Source of the DNA: Chlorobiota bacterium
Lineage (GTDB): Bacteria; Bacteroidota; Ignavibacteria; Tepidaquicellales; OLB5
Reading direction: 5' to 3'
Length of the DNA: 64,000 nucleotides
NCBI GenBank assembly: GCA_022616535.1
Contig: JAKEEM010000010.1
Span: forward strand, 21,769-85,768
Shown: in pieces, positions 47,583 through 58,174 of the stretch
Position numbering within the stretch: position 1 is the stretch's first letter
Layout of the letters: every line of letters starts with the position of its first letter
Translations under genes and position numbers: made by a program
Notes under the pieces: generated by a model
What the model was told of the DNA's origin: nothing
Database searches by the model: none
The model's input: the letters and a program-made list of their open reading frames with translations, nothing else

Positions 47583-48171
47583 TTTTCTCAATATATTTAA
47601 CGGCATCAAGCAAATTTGATGCAATAAAGTCAATTTTTAAATTTTCATCAAGACATTTCTTGTATGCTATTTTGCCGTATCCGGTCATTACAAGAATGTT
47701 TTTTGTTCCAGCCTTTATTCCGCATTTTATATCGGTATAGGCATCGCCGATCATATAAGACTCAGAGAAATCTATGTCATATTTTTTCTGTGCTTCAATA
47801 AGCATTCCGATATCGGGCTTTCTTGAATAGTGTTCTTTTTTGTATTGGTCAATAATTCCGTCTTTGTGGTAGGGAGAGAAAAACAAATCGTCAATAAGGG
47901 CAGATTTATTTGCCTGAAGCAGCAAATCATACATTTTTTGGTTGATTAGTTGAAAATCCTTTTCGGTAAGAAAACCGCGGGCTATTGCCGATTGATTAGT
48001 AATTATAATAACCTTATATCCTAAATTTCGTGCCAGAGCTATTGCATCTGCAGAGCCTTCGATAAGCTCTACCTGTTCAACACTTGTTAAATATCCTAAA
48101 GTTTCAGGACTTGAACCGTTAATTTCCTTTAGAATCGTGCCGTCCCTATCTAAAAACAGAGCTTTGGTCAA
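47572..48171 (-). CDS. gmhB: D-glycero-D-manno-heptose 1,7-bisphosphate phosphatase (HAD-IIIA)
   Basis: FLDRDGTI, ITNQS, RKPDIGM, GDAYTDI. Confidence 0.85.
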   Translation of the reverse strand: MTKALFLDRDGTILKEINGSSPETLGYLTSVEQVELIEGSADAIALARNLGYKVIIITNQSAIARGFLTEKDFQLINQKMYDLLLQANKSALIDDLFFSPYHKDGIIDQYKKEHYSRKPDIGMLIEAQKKYDIDFSESYMIGDAYTDIKCGIKAGTKNILVMTGYGKIAYKKCLDENLKIDFIASNLLDAVKYIEKNAH

Positions 48172-48186
48172 AATATCATAAATAAT

Positions 48187-49668
48187 TTACGCTTTTTTCA
48201 TTATTGACCTGTATAAGTCAACGTATTTCCTGGCTGAAACTTCCCAGGAATAATCATAACTCATAGCGATTCTAATCAGCTTTATCCATTCCTCACGGTT
48301 TTTGTAAAGCTTTAAAGCGCGTTTTACGGCTTTCATTAATTCGCCGGAATCATATTTATCGAAAACAAAACCATTGCCTGTCCCGTTCTTATACTCGCTG
48401 ATTGTGTCTGCAAGTCCACCCGTTGCACGAACTATGGGGATTGTTCCGTATTTTAAACTGTACATTTGGTTTAAGCCGCACGGTTCGTATTTCGAGGGCA
48501 TTAAATACATATCGCTGCCGGCTTCTATTAAATGGGCAAGCTCTTCGGAAAATCCGAAATGAAGCCCGACCTTCTTCGGATTTTTCTTCTTAACGCTTTC
48601 AAAAAATTTCTGATATGTTTTATCTCCTGAGCCAAGCAGTATGAAGTAAACATCTTCCTTCATCAATTGGGGCATAATTTGCTGGATAATATCGAAACCC
48701 TTTTGGTCGCTTAGCCTTGATATAATCCCTATAACGGGAATTTCAGCATTGAATTCGAGTCCGAATTTTTTACAAAGAGCTTTTTTATTCTCCCGTTTTA
48801 ACGGAAGTTCCTTTGAAGTGTATCTGAACGGAGTGGTGCTGTCGCGTTCGGGATTCCAAACAGAATAATCAACTCCGTTTAAGATACCGTATAAATCCTT
48901 ACGTCTCTTTTTTAAAATACCTTCGAAGCCCATTCCGTATTCATGCGTTGTTGCAATTTCATTTGCATAGTTTTCGCTTACAGTTGTTATGGCATCGGAA
49001 TAAATTAAGGCGGACTTTAAGAAGCTGAATTTGTTATAATACTCAACGCCGTCATCATTCCAAATATTTTCTGGCAGTCCGCTTTTTAAAAAGGACTCGT
49101 GCGGGAAAAGTCCCTGAAATGCGATGTTATGAATCGTGAAAACGCTTTTTACGTTTTGCAAAAGGGAATCTTTGGCGTAGATGGTTTTAATATAAGCAGG
49201 GATTAAACCAGTCTGCCAGTCATTGCAGTGTATTACGTCCGGCTGCCATCCAAGAAGTCCAAGCACCTGCATTATAGCGCGGTTGAAAAAAATGAAACGC
49301 TCGTCGTTATTTGAGTAATCTTTTCCTGTCTTAGCTTCTATGTATGGGCTTTCCTTATTAAAGTATTCGCTGTTTTCAATCAGGAAAACTTGTACCTTTC
49401 CCTTGGGCGAAACTATAAATGATGACTTAATATTGCATATTGCTATCTTATTGCCAACGGGAACTTCTATGTTGGTAAGTCTTTTTATTTCATAAATCCT
49501 GAGTCTTCTTTCATCTATTGGACCGTATTTTGGAGTAATTATTCTAACAGCGTGACCGGCAGCATTTAACTCTTGCGGCAGTGAGTTCGATACGTCAGCA
49601 AGCCCGCCTGTCTTACTATAGGGCGTAACTTCGCTTGTGCAAAAAAGTATGTTCAAGCCTTTGCTCAT
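48187..49668 (-). CDS. glgA: glycogen/starch synthase
   Basis: SEVTPYSKTGGLADV N-terminal motif, GT5 architecture, 493 aa. Confidence 0.93.
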   Translation of the reverse strand: MSKGLNILFCTSEVTPYSKTGGLADVSNSLPQELNAAGHAVRIITPKYGPIDERRLRIYEIKRLTNIEVPVGNKIAICNIKSSFIVSPKGKVQVFLIENSEYFNKESPYIEAKTGKDYSNNDERFIFFNRAIMQVLGLLGWQPDVIHCNDWQTGLIPAYIKTIYAKDSLLQNVKSVFTIHNIAFQGLFPHESFLKSGLPENIWNDDGVEYYNKFSFLKSALIYSDAITTVSENYANEIATTHEYGMGFEGILKKRRKDLYGILNGVDYSVWNPERDSTTPFRYTSKELPLKRENKKALCKKFGLEFNAEIPVIGIISRLSDQKGFDIIQQIMPQLMKEDVYFILLGSGDKTYQKFFESVKKKNPKKVGLHFGFSEELAHLIEAGSDMYLMPSKYEPCGLNQMYSLKYGTIPIVRATGGLADTISEYKNGTGNGFVFDKYDSGELMKAVKRALKLYKNREEWIKLIRIAMSYDYSWEVSARKYVDLYRSIMKKA

Positions 49669-49852
49669 TCAATTGGTTTTAATTTGTTGTAATTTACAAA
49701 ATTACGAAAATTTGATTTTAGTGGCAATGAAATTCAATAGCATTAACGCAAAAAGTTTATTTCCATAGTTTTTTTGAACTTTAATTTGATTAATTGTTTA
49801 CATTAAAATGTTTTTTTAATGTGAGAATTGAGATAAAATAATTTTGACAAAA

Positions 49853-49886
49853 GAAAAAAATAGACCCCGCTTGTTGCGGAGTCTAT
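49853..49886 (-). terminator. rho-independent terminator
   Basis: On the minus strand: ATAGACTCCGC AACA AGCGGGGTCTAT followed by TTTTTTTC. Downstream of 49924-50436. Confidence 0.8.
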
Positions 49887-49923
49887 TGATGCATGACTTT
49901 TTATTTAACTTATCTTCTTTAAC

Positions 49924-50436
49924 TTATCTAGGGAGCGAATCGACACCGGATGCGACTGTTACGCCGTTTTGGGTTGCCTGCCAGTTGAAAGCCCTGTTTT
50001 TGCTCCTGCCGAACTTAACATCTATCCAAAGCGGCCTTCCGGTTTGCCCGGGCTGAGTACCCTGACCGTTTTGTCCTGTTTCTATTCCGACCTTCCCCTT
50101 CGTTTTATCGGTTGTATTTTCATCCATAACCCAGTTTGAGGGCCATGTGCTGAATCCGGTTATTAATACAGTGGTATCTACCATCTGGATGTGAAAGTCG
50201 TTTACAACTGTGTCTCTTGTATTATTGGTTATTTTAAAATAATAACCGCTGTGTGTTCCCTTTACAACCTGAATGCTTATGTTCCTGGTGTTATTATCCA
50301 TAAATGAACCGCTTGTGTTATCACCAAAGCCAGGTCCTGAAATTATTGAATCTTCACTGCATGCGGAAAATGCGACTGCAAAGATTACGAGAAATGTGAA
50401 TAAAACTGCATTTAGGTTAATTCTTGAAGCTTTCAT
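49924..50436 (-). CDS. lipoprotein of unknown function
   Basis: MKASRINLNAVLFTFLVIFAVAFSAC lipobox. No recognised domain. Confidence 0.55.
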   Translation of the reverse strand: MKASRINLNAVLFTFLVIFAVAFSACSEDSIISGPGFGDNTSGSFMDNNTRNISIQVVKGTHSGYYFKITNNTRDTVVNDFHIQMVDTTVLITGFSTWPSNWVMDENTTDKTKGKVGIETGQNGQGTQPGQTGRPLWIDVKFGRSKNRAFNWQATQNGVTVASGVDSLPR

Positions 50437-50613
50437 TTTTATTTCTCCTTTCATTAAGCTTAAAGCTTAATTTTAATTTGTTATTACAAAGTTATTTTAA
50501 TTGCTTATGATGTTGTGACAAAAACCTGACAAATTGTAAAAAACACTAAGATTTGAGTATTTTGATTAATTATTGAGCTTTTATGTTAGCTGGACTAACA
50601 ATTATATTTGTAA

Positions 50614-51852
50614 ATGAACCTGCTAATTGAAAATGCACGCCAGATTATAACCTGCCATTCAAGGGGTTACAGATTCAAAGCCGGCAAATTCCAGTCTGAA
50701 ATCGGCTTAATTGAAAACTCAAGCATTTATATTGAAAACGGCAGAATCAAGTGGCTGGGGAAGAAAATCCCTCAATTCGTTATAAAATCCAACTTTCGGA
50801 AAATCGATGCAGGAAGTAAAATTGTTCTGCCGGGTTTTATTGATTCCCACACACATCTTGTTTTTGCGGGTGACCGAGCTAATGAGTTTTCGATGCGCAT
50901 CAAGGGAAAATCGTATGAAGAAATTGCAAACGCAGGCGGAGGAATAATAAGCACTGTCAAGGCTGTCAGAAAAACCTCAAAGAAAGGACTTTTAAAGCTT
51001 GCAAAAGAAAGATTAAATTCATCAATTAGCTTTGGAGTTACAACTATAGAGGCAAAATCAGGTTACGGACTTGATACCGAAAATGAAATCAAGATGCTCG
51101 AAGTAATAAACGAGCTTAACCAGCAGTCACCAATTGATGTTTACGCTACATTTTTAGGCGCCCACGCTTTTCCAAAAAATAAAACAAAAGAAGAATACAT
51201 CGATGAGATTTTGTTCAGCATGATTCCACTTGCTGCAAAGCGAAACCTTGCGACGTTTATAGATGTTTTTTGCGAGAAAAATTACTTTTCTGCTGATGAG
51301 ACAGTGAAAATTTTCATGCAGGGAATTAACTTCGGGCTTGTGCCGAAGCTGCATACAAACCAGTTTAATTCAATCGGCGGAATTGAAGCTGCTGTTAATT
51401 ACGATGCAATATCGGTTGACCATCTTGAAGTTATGACCGAAAAGGATATTGGAAGTTTAAAAGGGGGAGGTTCAATCGCCTGCTTACTTCCATCGGTGTC
51501 ATATTTTCTGGATATCCCCTACGCTCCCGCAAAGAAACTTACCGAAAACAGGATCCCCGTGGCACTGGCAACTGATTTTAATCCCGGAAGCGCTATGAGC
51601 GAAAACATACAGCTGGTTATGAGTCTTGCCGTTCAAAAGCTGAAAATGAACATTGAAGAAACAATTAACGCAGTAACGCTTAATGCTGCTGCGGCTTTGG
51701 GAATCTCCCATAATGTTGGAAGCATTGAAACAGGCAAGCAGGGTGATTTGCTTATTTTTGATGTGCCCGATTATAAGCACCTCCTATATCACTTTGGAGT
51801 TAATACCTTAAATACAGTAATTAAAAAAGGAAAAATTATAATGAAACTTTGA
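50614..51852 (+). CDS. hutI: imidazolonepropionase
   Basis: PGFIDSHTHLVFAG and the amidohydrolase fold pattern. 412 aa. Confidence 0.9.
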   Translation: MNLLIENARQIITCHSRGYRFKAGKFQSEIGLIENSSIYIENGRIKWLGKKIPQFVIKSNFRKIDAGSKIVLPGFIDSHTHLVFAGDRANEFSMRIKGKSYEEIANAGGGIISTVKAVRKTSKKGLLKLAKERLNSSISFGVTTIEAKSGYGLDTENEIKMLEVINELNQQSPIDVYATFLGAHAFPKNKTKEEYIDEILFSMIPLAAKRNLATFIDVFCEKNYFSADETVKIFMQGINFGLVPKLHTNQFNSIGGIEAAVNYDAISVDHLEVMTEKDIGSLKGGGSIACLLPSVSYFLDIPYAPAKKLTENRIPVALATDFNPGSAMSENIQLVMSLAVQKLKMNIEETINAVTLNAAAALGISHNVGSIETGKQGDLLIFDVPDYKHLLYHFGVNTLNTVIKKGKIIMKL

Positions 51853-51918
51853 AAATTATTCCTTAAATTACTTTTAACAACAATAATTAAAATTATTTAA
51901 ATGAATAACTTTCACTAA

Positions 51919-53667
51919 ATGAAAAAACTTTTTTTTTATTGCGCCCTCGTAATATTAATATGCCCCCTGAATGTTTTTGCTCAGGCACCGGTTGTAACAT
52001 CATTCTCTCCCTTAAGACAGGTTTTAAACGCTCCGAGAAACACTCAAATTAATGTTGATTTTAACACTGCACTCAATCCGCAGACGGTGAATGATTCTAC
52101 ATTCAGGGTCTTCGGAAGGCAGCTCGGTCCAATTCCCGGTTTGCTTCAGCTTCAAAACGGGAACACGCGGATTGTTTTTACTCCCTCTTCCCAATTTCTT
52201 GCGGGTGAGTGGGTAACAGTGGCTCTTTCAAAAGGAATTAAAAGTCAGAATAACGTCCCGATGAATACCGGTTTTAACTGGAATTTCTGGACTAAAGCAG
52301 ATAAGGGAACATTAAACCAAACGCTGATTTCAACAATTCAGGTAAGAAGACCAGCCGAAGGGCTCATTCAGTGCTACGGAGCACTAGGCATGGATTTGAA
52401 TGATGATGGAAAAACCGACCTAGCAATAGTGAATGAAATTTCCCGCGATTTCAGGATTTTTCTCAATAACGGAACTAACTTTGATACAATCTTTGCAATA
52501 CACACTGTGCCGTCGGGCTCGTTTCCAAGTCCAAGCGAGGCGGCTGATTTTAACCATGACGGGAAAGTTGATATTGTGATTGGAAATGCCGGCAATAATA
52601 TTTTAAGCTTATTCATTGCCTCAGGAGGAGCCAACTTTTTGCCTGGAGTCTCTTACAACGCAGGCAGTCTCGTAAGAGGACTCGGAATTATTGATTTGGA
52701 CGGTGACGGGTATGATGACATCGTAACTGCAAACCGCGGAGGGAATAATATCTCGCTTTTCAGAAATAATGGCAACGGGACATTTAATTCTCCCGTAAAT
52801 ATTAATACAGTCGGAACAAGCGAGACTGCAATAATGATAACGGATGCTAACAATGATGGCATCCAGGATGCTTTTATCGGGTGTTTCGGCAGCAATGAAA
52901 TTGTCCTTATGCTTGGAGATGGTAACGGAAGCTTTACCTTTTCAAGCAGGTCGGGTTTGACAGGCAGCCCATGGGCAATAGCAATTGGTGATATTAACGG
53001 TGACGGCAACGCAGATGTTGCAGCAGCGCTTTCCAATATAGATAGAATTGGCGTTATATTTGGAAACGGCTCGGGCGGTTTGGGAAGCGTAACTACTTAT
53101 ACATCAGGCGATTTTCCTCTGGCTATTGATATCGGCGATGTTGACGGTGATAACGACCTTGATTTAATCTCAAGCAATTACGGCAGCGGTGAGTTTAAAG
53201 TGTACGAAAATTTCGGAAACGGAACATTTTCAAATAACCCAATAACTTTGCCCGCATCGAAAGCAGGTTCATGCATTACTGTTCACGACCGTGATAATGA
53301 CGGTGACCTTGACCTTGCCGGTATCGATGAAGTAGATGACCTTTTATTTATTTTTGACAATAACACCTCAATCGGGATTCCGATAACGTCAACCGAAATC
53401 CCTAAAGATTATAAACTTCATCAAAATTTTCCTAATCCGTTTAATCCGGTTACTAAAATAAGCTTTGAAATTCCAGAATTAAAGTTTGCTGAGCTCAAGG
53501 TTTATAACGCACTTGGAGCGCTCGTTGAAACTCTTGTTAGCGAGGAATTAAAACCGGGAATTTATGAAGTTATCTTTGACAGGAGCAATCTGCCAAGTGG
53601 AGTGTATTTTTACATTTTAAATGCCGGTAAATTTTTTCAGGCAAGAAAGATGATAGTACTTAAGTAA
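51919..53667 (+). CDS. FG-GAP/VCBS-repeat protein with N-terminal Ig-like domain and T9SS C-terminal sorting domain
   Basis: Repeated D.[DN].DG..D[LIV] units (DLNDDGKTD, DFNHDGKVD, DLDGDGYDD, DANNDGIQD, DINGDGNAD, DVDGDNDLD, DRDNDGDLD). C-terminus HQNFPNPFNP...GVYFYIL...RKMIVLK. Confidence 0.85.
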   Translation: MKKLFFYCALVILICPLNVFAQAPVVTSFSPLRQVLNAPRNTQINVDFNTALNPQTVNDSTFRVFGRQLGPIPGLLQLQNGNTRIVFTPSSQFLAGEWVTVALSKGIKSQNNVPMNTGFNWNFWTKADKGTLNQTLISTIQVRRPAEGLIQCYGALGMDLNDDGKTDLAIVNEISRDFRIFLNNGTNFDTIFAIHTVPSGSFPSPSEAADFNHDGKVDIVIGNAGNNILSLFIASGGANFLPGVSYNAGSLVRGLGIIDLDGDGYDDIVTANRGGNNISLFRNNGNGTFNSPVNINTVGTSETAIMITDANNDGIQDAFIGCFGSNEIVLMLGDGNGSFTFSSRSGLTGSPWAIAIGDINGDGNADVAAALSNIDRIGVIFGNGSGGLGSVTTYTSGDFPLAIDIGDVDGDNDLDLISSNYGSGEFKVYENFGNGTFSNNPITLPASKAGSCITVHDRDNDGDLDLAGIDEVDDLLFIFDNNTSIGIPITSTEIPKDYKLHQNFPNPFNPVTKISFEIPELKFAELKVYNALGALVETLVSEELKPGIYEVIFDRSNLPSGVYFYILNAGKFFQARKMIVLK

Positions 53668-53778
53668 ATGGCCGTGAAGCATTTCTAAGAATTTGAAAGA
53701 TCTAATTGTGTAATCATTAAATCAGGTGTGCCAGGGTTAAAAATTCACAGTTCGGGAGTTTCATAAAAACCAGTGCAA

Positions 53779-54678
53779 TTATTTTCTGGGGCTTATTGTC
53801 TTTTGGCGGGAGCTTATTACGTAAGCAGTAATAATTACTGTTCCCAAAACTACAAAGCTAAAGTATAAGCCTATAAGCAATAGAAATATTACTGAATTAT
53901 CCTTTATGATTTCTTTTTGCCTTTTGATTATATATTCAAATCTCTGACTTAAGCTTTTCTTTTTCCTTTCCTTGAGTGTATGCTTTTTTTCCGTAAATGT
54001 TGACTTGTTGTAGGCAATTTGGTTTTCATCAAGTATATCAATCAGCTCGTCGATATGAATTGCGTAATTCAGCGAATCACTGTAGAAAAAAGTGTTTACC
54101 CCGATAACTTGTCCAAAGCGGTTTAAAAGCGGTCCCCCGCTGTTTCCCGGTTTTATCATGGCAGTGTGCTGTATCACAAGTGCTTCGTGAATGTAATTTT
54201 TTTCGTTATCATAATACCAGCTGTCATCGTCAATTTTTCTGACCCGCCCCTTTGTGATATGAAAGTAATCGACATTCATATCTTCATCGGTGGGATTACC
54301 GATTGAATAAACTTCATCGTTCCTGCTGATTTTTCCGTTACCGTAGAGCTCAAGCGAGTAATCGCATTCGCCGGATATTTCAACAATTGCAAGGTCAGTT
54401 AATTTGTTTTCTTCTAATATTTTTTTAACTTTAAACGTTCTGTCGTCTCTCATTTCAATTTTAGCGCTTCTTAAATCAAGGTCTTCGGTAACATGAAAGT
54501 TGGTGACGAAAGTTTTGGGGCTGATAAAAAAACCACTCGCCACAGCGCCGGATTTATCGGTTATTAAACCAATAGCTGCAACAGTTTTATTGTAAACCTC
54601 AACGTTTTCCTGCGCCAAAGAAAAATGCGCAAGAAATATGAATATTATTATGCTTCTTAAATGTTTTACCACAAGCAA
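53779..54678 (-). CDS. trypsin-like (S1/S1C-type) serine protease with C-terminal TM anchor
   Basis: TNFHV (His), DLAIVEI (Asp), GNSGGPLL (Ser), and a C-terminal hydrophobic helix IFLLLIGLYFSFVVLGTVIITAYVI. Confidence 0.8.
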   Translation of the reverse strand: MLVVKHLRSIIIFIFLAHFSLAQENVEVYNKTVAAIGLITDKSGAVASGFFISPKTFVTNFHVTEDLDLRSAKIEMRDDRTFKVKKILEENKLTDLAIVEISGECDYSLELYGNGKISRNDEVYSIGNPTDEDMNVDYFHITKGRVRKIDDDSWYYDNEKNYIHEALVIQHTAMIKPGNSGGPLLNRFGQVIGVNTFFYSDSLNYAIHIDELIDILDENQIAYNKSTFTEKKHTLKERKKKSLSQRFEYIIKRQKEIIKDNSVIFLLLIGLYFSFVVLGTVIITAYVISSRQKTISPRK

Positions 54679-54816
54679 TTAAGATAAATATATAAATTAA
54701 ACCGTGCCATAACCTAAGTTAGTGACGTAGAATAAATTTTAATTTTTTCAGTCTGTAATCGTGAAAATTCCTATAAGATTTAACTTGAGGCTTGGTAAAT
54801 TTGTTTCCTTTATCAA

Positions 54817-56604
54817 TTATTTTACAATGACCATTTTTTTGCTCTCTTTAAAATCTCTTGCAATGATGGTGTAGAAATAAACCCCTGAAGGAAATCCCGA
54901 GGAATTAAATTGAGCTGTATGAAAGCCGGCAATAAAATCTGTATTTACGATTGTAGCCACTTCTCTTCCGAGAATATCATATAACTTGATGCTTACAAAT
55001 GAACTATACGGCAAACCGAATTTAATTCTGGTAGACGGGTTAAAAGGATTGGGATAATTCTGCGATAGCGAATAATTTAAAGGGATGTCATTTGTTCCGG
55101 GACCAATTGTTTGCGGACCACTCCAGTTGTCTTTAAATGCCCGGTATGTGAAAATTCCCTGCGGCAGGGACATTTCCAGCGCGATTTTACCGTCGGGGGT
55201 TACCTCTGTTATTGTAGGATTAGCGGCGCCCCAGGAAATAAGAGTATTTCCATTGCTCAGTCTTTGCGCAAAGCCCATTGCGGGGCCAAAGATAGCGGGG
55301 TTATTCCTATACTGCCATGAAAGGGTTGCCGTCAAATTTTGTTCATCTAAAGTGTATTCAACTGCGCGGGAGTAAGGAGGCGTATGATTATTCCCATTAT
55401 CATACAAAATAATATTTCCGTTTTGCAATCTCCTGATTCCGTGCTGATAAGAGAATCTAACGCTGTCATTAATAAAAGTGAACTGATTATTCCTGCCTCC
55501 TAATCGCCATATGACATCGCCGGTAATGCGGTTAATTTTTGTAATTTCATCCAGATGCCTTGATGAAATTAGTATATTGCCATCAAAATCACGGTCAATT
55601 GCATTACCGTGAACGTAGTCTATAACCGAATCCAAAAGATTCACGTAAATGGGGTCTGTAATTTGAAAGTGATCCCAGCTTCTCCACTGAAATACAACGT
55701 TCTTGTTAACATCAAGCTCCTGTATAATCAACCCTATAACAATTGCATTTGGATTGCCCCCTTGGACAATCTTGCTCATGTCCACCGGTTGAGAGTCATA
55801 GCTCATTAAAAGTGAGTGTCCGTTATCAAGAATTATCAATTCGTGTACATCTGTTGTATAGCCATTGCCGCAAACATACTGGTCAATTGTATTGTAATTT
55901 ACATCTGATTCATAAAAAACGGAATCAAGACCATGATAATACGTTAAATTTCCATTAGGTTGTTTTTTGAAGTCCAATGCAGATGCGTTTTTCTGTATTG
56001 CAACATAAGGTATGCCGGTGTTTTCAGAAATTATTAAATATGGTATGTTTTGAGTATTTGGATTAAATGGGAAATTGCTCAGGAAGGTTTGACCCGGCAT
56101 GGGATTATTTGATATAGTAACGTTCAAATAAGGCGGGTCCAAAGGTGAATTTGAATTCAGATTCCCGATATATTTTCGAACCTCAGCAAGTTCGTCTTCG
56201 ATACTCTTCGTAGGACCCCTATAGATTTTTTTCTTTTGGGTATTGAAAGAAAATGAGAATTGTTCAACTTCTGCTCCTAAAGAAGTTTTTATACCCTTAT
56301 TAAGTTTAATATACACTCTTTCATTGAATTCAAAAGACCTAAATGGCTTGAACAATATTCGATTTTGACCCGATATAAATAAAATTTCGCCTTCGTGTAA
56401 ACCGCTTTTCTCGCCGCGGACTGAAATTATTGTCGAAGTTAAAGTCCTTTCGTCCAATTCGCTTTTAAAGCCAATGACTATCCCATTGTTAACGCTAACA
56501 TATTTTGCATTAGGTACCGGGTCCGAGTAAATAACGAGCGGTTTAGAATCAATATATAATGTAAATAAAAACAGGAAAATAAAAGAGCAATAGAATTTTT
56601 TCAT
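54817..56604 (-). CDS. arylsulfotransferase (ASST)-family beta-propeller protein with T9SS C-terminal sorting domain
   Basis: HGNAIDRDFDGNILISSRHLDEITKI...GDVIWRLGG and LQNGNIILYDNGN patterns. C-terminus SQNYPNPFNPST...GVYFYTI...KKMVIVK. Confidence 0.75.
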   Translation of the reverse strand: MKKFYCSFIFLFLFTLYIDSKPLVIYSDPVPNAKYVSVNNGIVIGFKSELDERTLTSTIISVRGEKSGLHEGEILFISGQNRILFKPFRSFEFNERVYIKLNKGIKTSLGAEVEQFSFSFNTQKKKIYRGPTKSIEDELAEVRKYIGNLNSNSPLDPPYLNVTISNNPMPGQTFLSNFPFNPNTQNIPYLIISENTGIPYVAIQKNASALDFKKQPNGNLTYYHGLDSVFYESDVNYNTIDQYVCGNGYTTDVHELIILDNGHSLLMSYDSQPVDMSKIVQGGNPNAIVIGLIIQELDVNKNVVFQWRSWDHFQITDPIYVNLLDSVIDYVHGNAIDRDFDGNILISSRHLDEITKINRITGDVIWRLGGRNNQFTFINDSVRFSYQHGIRRLQNGNIILYDNGNNHTPPYSRAVEYTLDEQNLTATLSWQYRNNPAIFGPAMGFAQRLSNGNTLISWGAANPTITEVTPDGKIALEMSLPQGIFTYRAFKDNWSGPQTIGPGTNDIPLNYSLSQNYPNPFNPSTRIKFGLPYSSFVSIKLYDILGREVATIVNTDFIAGFHTAQFNSSGFPSGVYFYTIIARDFKESKKMVIVK

Positions 56605-56893
56605 AAATGTTATAGGTTGAAAATGTTTATTATTTAATCAGTAAGTTTATGAATTTTTAATAAATATTCAAGTAGAATAATTGTAAAATATTAATATAGA
56701 GTACTATTTTTTTATAGGGTTATAAGTTACATTATAGGGGTGAATGAATGTTCAATAAATACGTGTAAAGAAGCAGGTTTTCAAATTTAATTCCTGACAT
56801 TAAAAACATTCTATTTACCCATGTACTTTTTCGAGGCTGCTGAACTTATCCCAAAACCAGCCTGTGCAGCTGACCCAGGCATCGCACAATTTT

Positions 56894-58156
56894 TTAGCCG
56901 ATTATTTCAAAACCCGTATATTTGTGCAGAACTTTGGGAACAACTATTTTCCCTTCTGGCGTCTGGTTTGATTCAATTAACGAAACATACAGCCTTGATG
57001 TTGCCAGCCCGCTTCCGTTTAGTATGTGGACGAACTCGGTTTTCTTGTCGCGCTTAACTCTAATCATCCCTCTGCGTGACTGGAAATCGGTGCAGTTGCT
57101 TACACTCGACGCCTCAAGCCATTTGTTTTCTGCCGGTGACCATACTTCAATGTCATACTGTTTTGCTGAGGCAAAACCTATATCTCCTGTGCAAAGGTTT
57201 ACTACCCTGTAGTGAATGTTTAACTGCTCTAAAATACCGCAGGCGTGGTTTAGCATTTCCTCCATTTGCGGGAATGAATCTTCCGGCAGGCAGAAGTTTA
57301 TTAATTCAACTTTGTTGAATTGATGAACGCGCAGAAATCCCTTTGTTTCTTTTCCATAACTTCCTGCCTCGCGCCTGAAACAAGCGGTGTAGCCGCAGTA
57401 TTTTAAAGGAAGGTCATTGGGATTTAATATTTCATCGCGGTGAATGTTTACAATCGGCACCTCTGCTGTGGGGATAGCAAACAAGTCATCCGGCTGGGTT
57501 TTATACATATCTTCCTCAAACTTCGGCACTTTTTCAGCCGCTTCCATAGAAGCCCTGTTTACAAGAAAAGGCATAAAGACTTCCGTGTATCCGTTTTGTT
57601 TGTGGCTATCGAGCATAAAGTTAATGAGCGCTCTTTCAAGCATTGCGCCTTTGCCCTTGTAAAACGGAAAACCGCTTCCTGTTATTTTTGCCCCTATGCC
57701 GAAATCAAGAATATCAAGCTTTTTGCCAAGCGTAACATGGTCTGAATATTTAAAATCACCGTTTGGCTTTTCACCCCAGATTTTGAACTGAACATTATCC
57801 TCCGGTGATTTGCCAAGCGGGACTGAATCATCTGAAATGTTCGGAATATCAATTAATATTTTGTCTATTTCTTTTTCAGTTTCGGCAAGTTTTTCATCAA
57901 TTGCTTTTATATCATCTGAAACTTTTTTCATATTTGCAATTTTGTCCTCAGTATTTTTCCCTTCCTTCTTCAATACAGAAATTTCCTGCGAGACTCTATT
58001 GCGCAAGCTCTTAAGCTTCTCGCCCTCGACGATTAATTCTCTGCGTTTAACATCAAGCAATAGGATTCTATCTACATAATCAGTTTTATCGCCTCTTGCA
58101 GTGATTTTCTGTTTAATTAAATCCGGATTTTCCCTTATTAATTTTATATCAATCAT
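56894..58156 (-). CDS. serS: seryl-tRNA synthetase
   Basis: MIDIKLIRENPD, coiled-coil arm, class II motifs (FRREAGS, GSGLATSR). Confidence 0.96.
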   Translation of the reverse strand: MIDIKLIRENPDLIKQKITARGDKTDYVDRILLLDVKRRELIVEGEKLKSLRNRVSQEISVLKKEGKNTEDKIANMKKVSDDIKAIDEKLAETEKEIDKILIDIPNISDDSVPLGKSPEDNVQFKIWGEKPNGDFKYSDHVTLGKKLDILDFGIGAKITGSGFPFYKGKGAMLERALINFMLDSHKQNGYTEVFMPFLVNRASMEAAEKVPKFEEDMYKTQPDDLFAIPTAEVPIVNIHRDEILNPNDLPLKYCGYTACFRREAGSYGKETKGFLRVHQFNKVELINFCLPEDSFPQMEEMLNHACGILEQLNIHYRVVNLCTGDIGFASAKQYDIEVWSPAENKWLEASSVSNCTDFQSRRGMIRVKRDKKTEFVHILNGSGLATSRLYVSLIESNQTPEGKIVVPKVLHKYTGFEIIG

Positions 58157-58174
58157 ATTTTTATAATATAATTT

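Noticed and set aside
49904-49929. 12-bp direct repeat TTTAACTTATCT x2 (14-bp period) overlapping the stop codon of the 49924-50436 lipoprotein gene.
   Set aside because: It is short, has two copies only, and has no associated feature. It is most likely a local duplication.
50505-50550. TGACAAA repeats (TTGTGACAAAAACCTGACAAATTGT) upstream of hutI as a possible operator.
   Set aside because: The palindrome is imperfect, it is far (more than 60 nt) from the start, and there is no regulator gene adjacent. The evidence is insufficient.
56832-56887. Weak resemblance (GUCAG ... AGCAGCC on the minus strand) to the SRP RNA helix 8 motifs.
   Set aside because: The spacing between the two motifs is about 30 nt instead of about 12, and there is no GNRA-type tetraloop or symmetric-loop arrangement. 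It is kept only as an unexplained structured segment.
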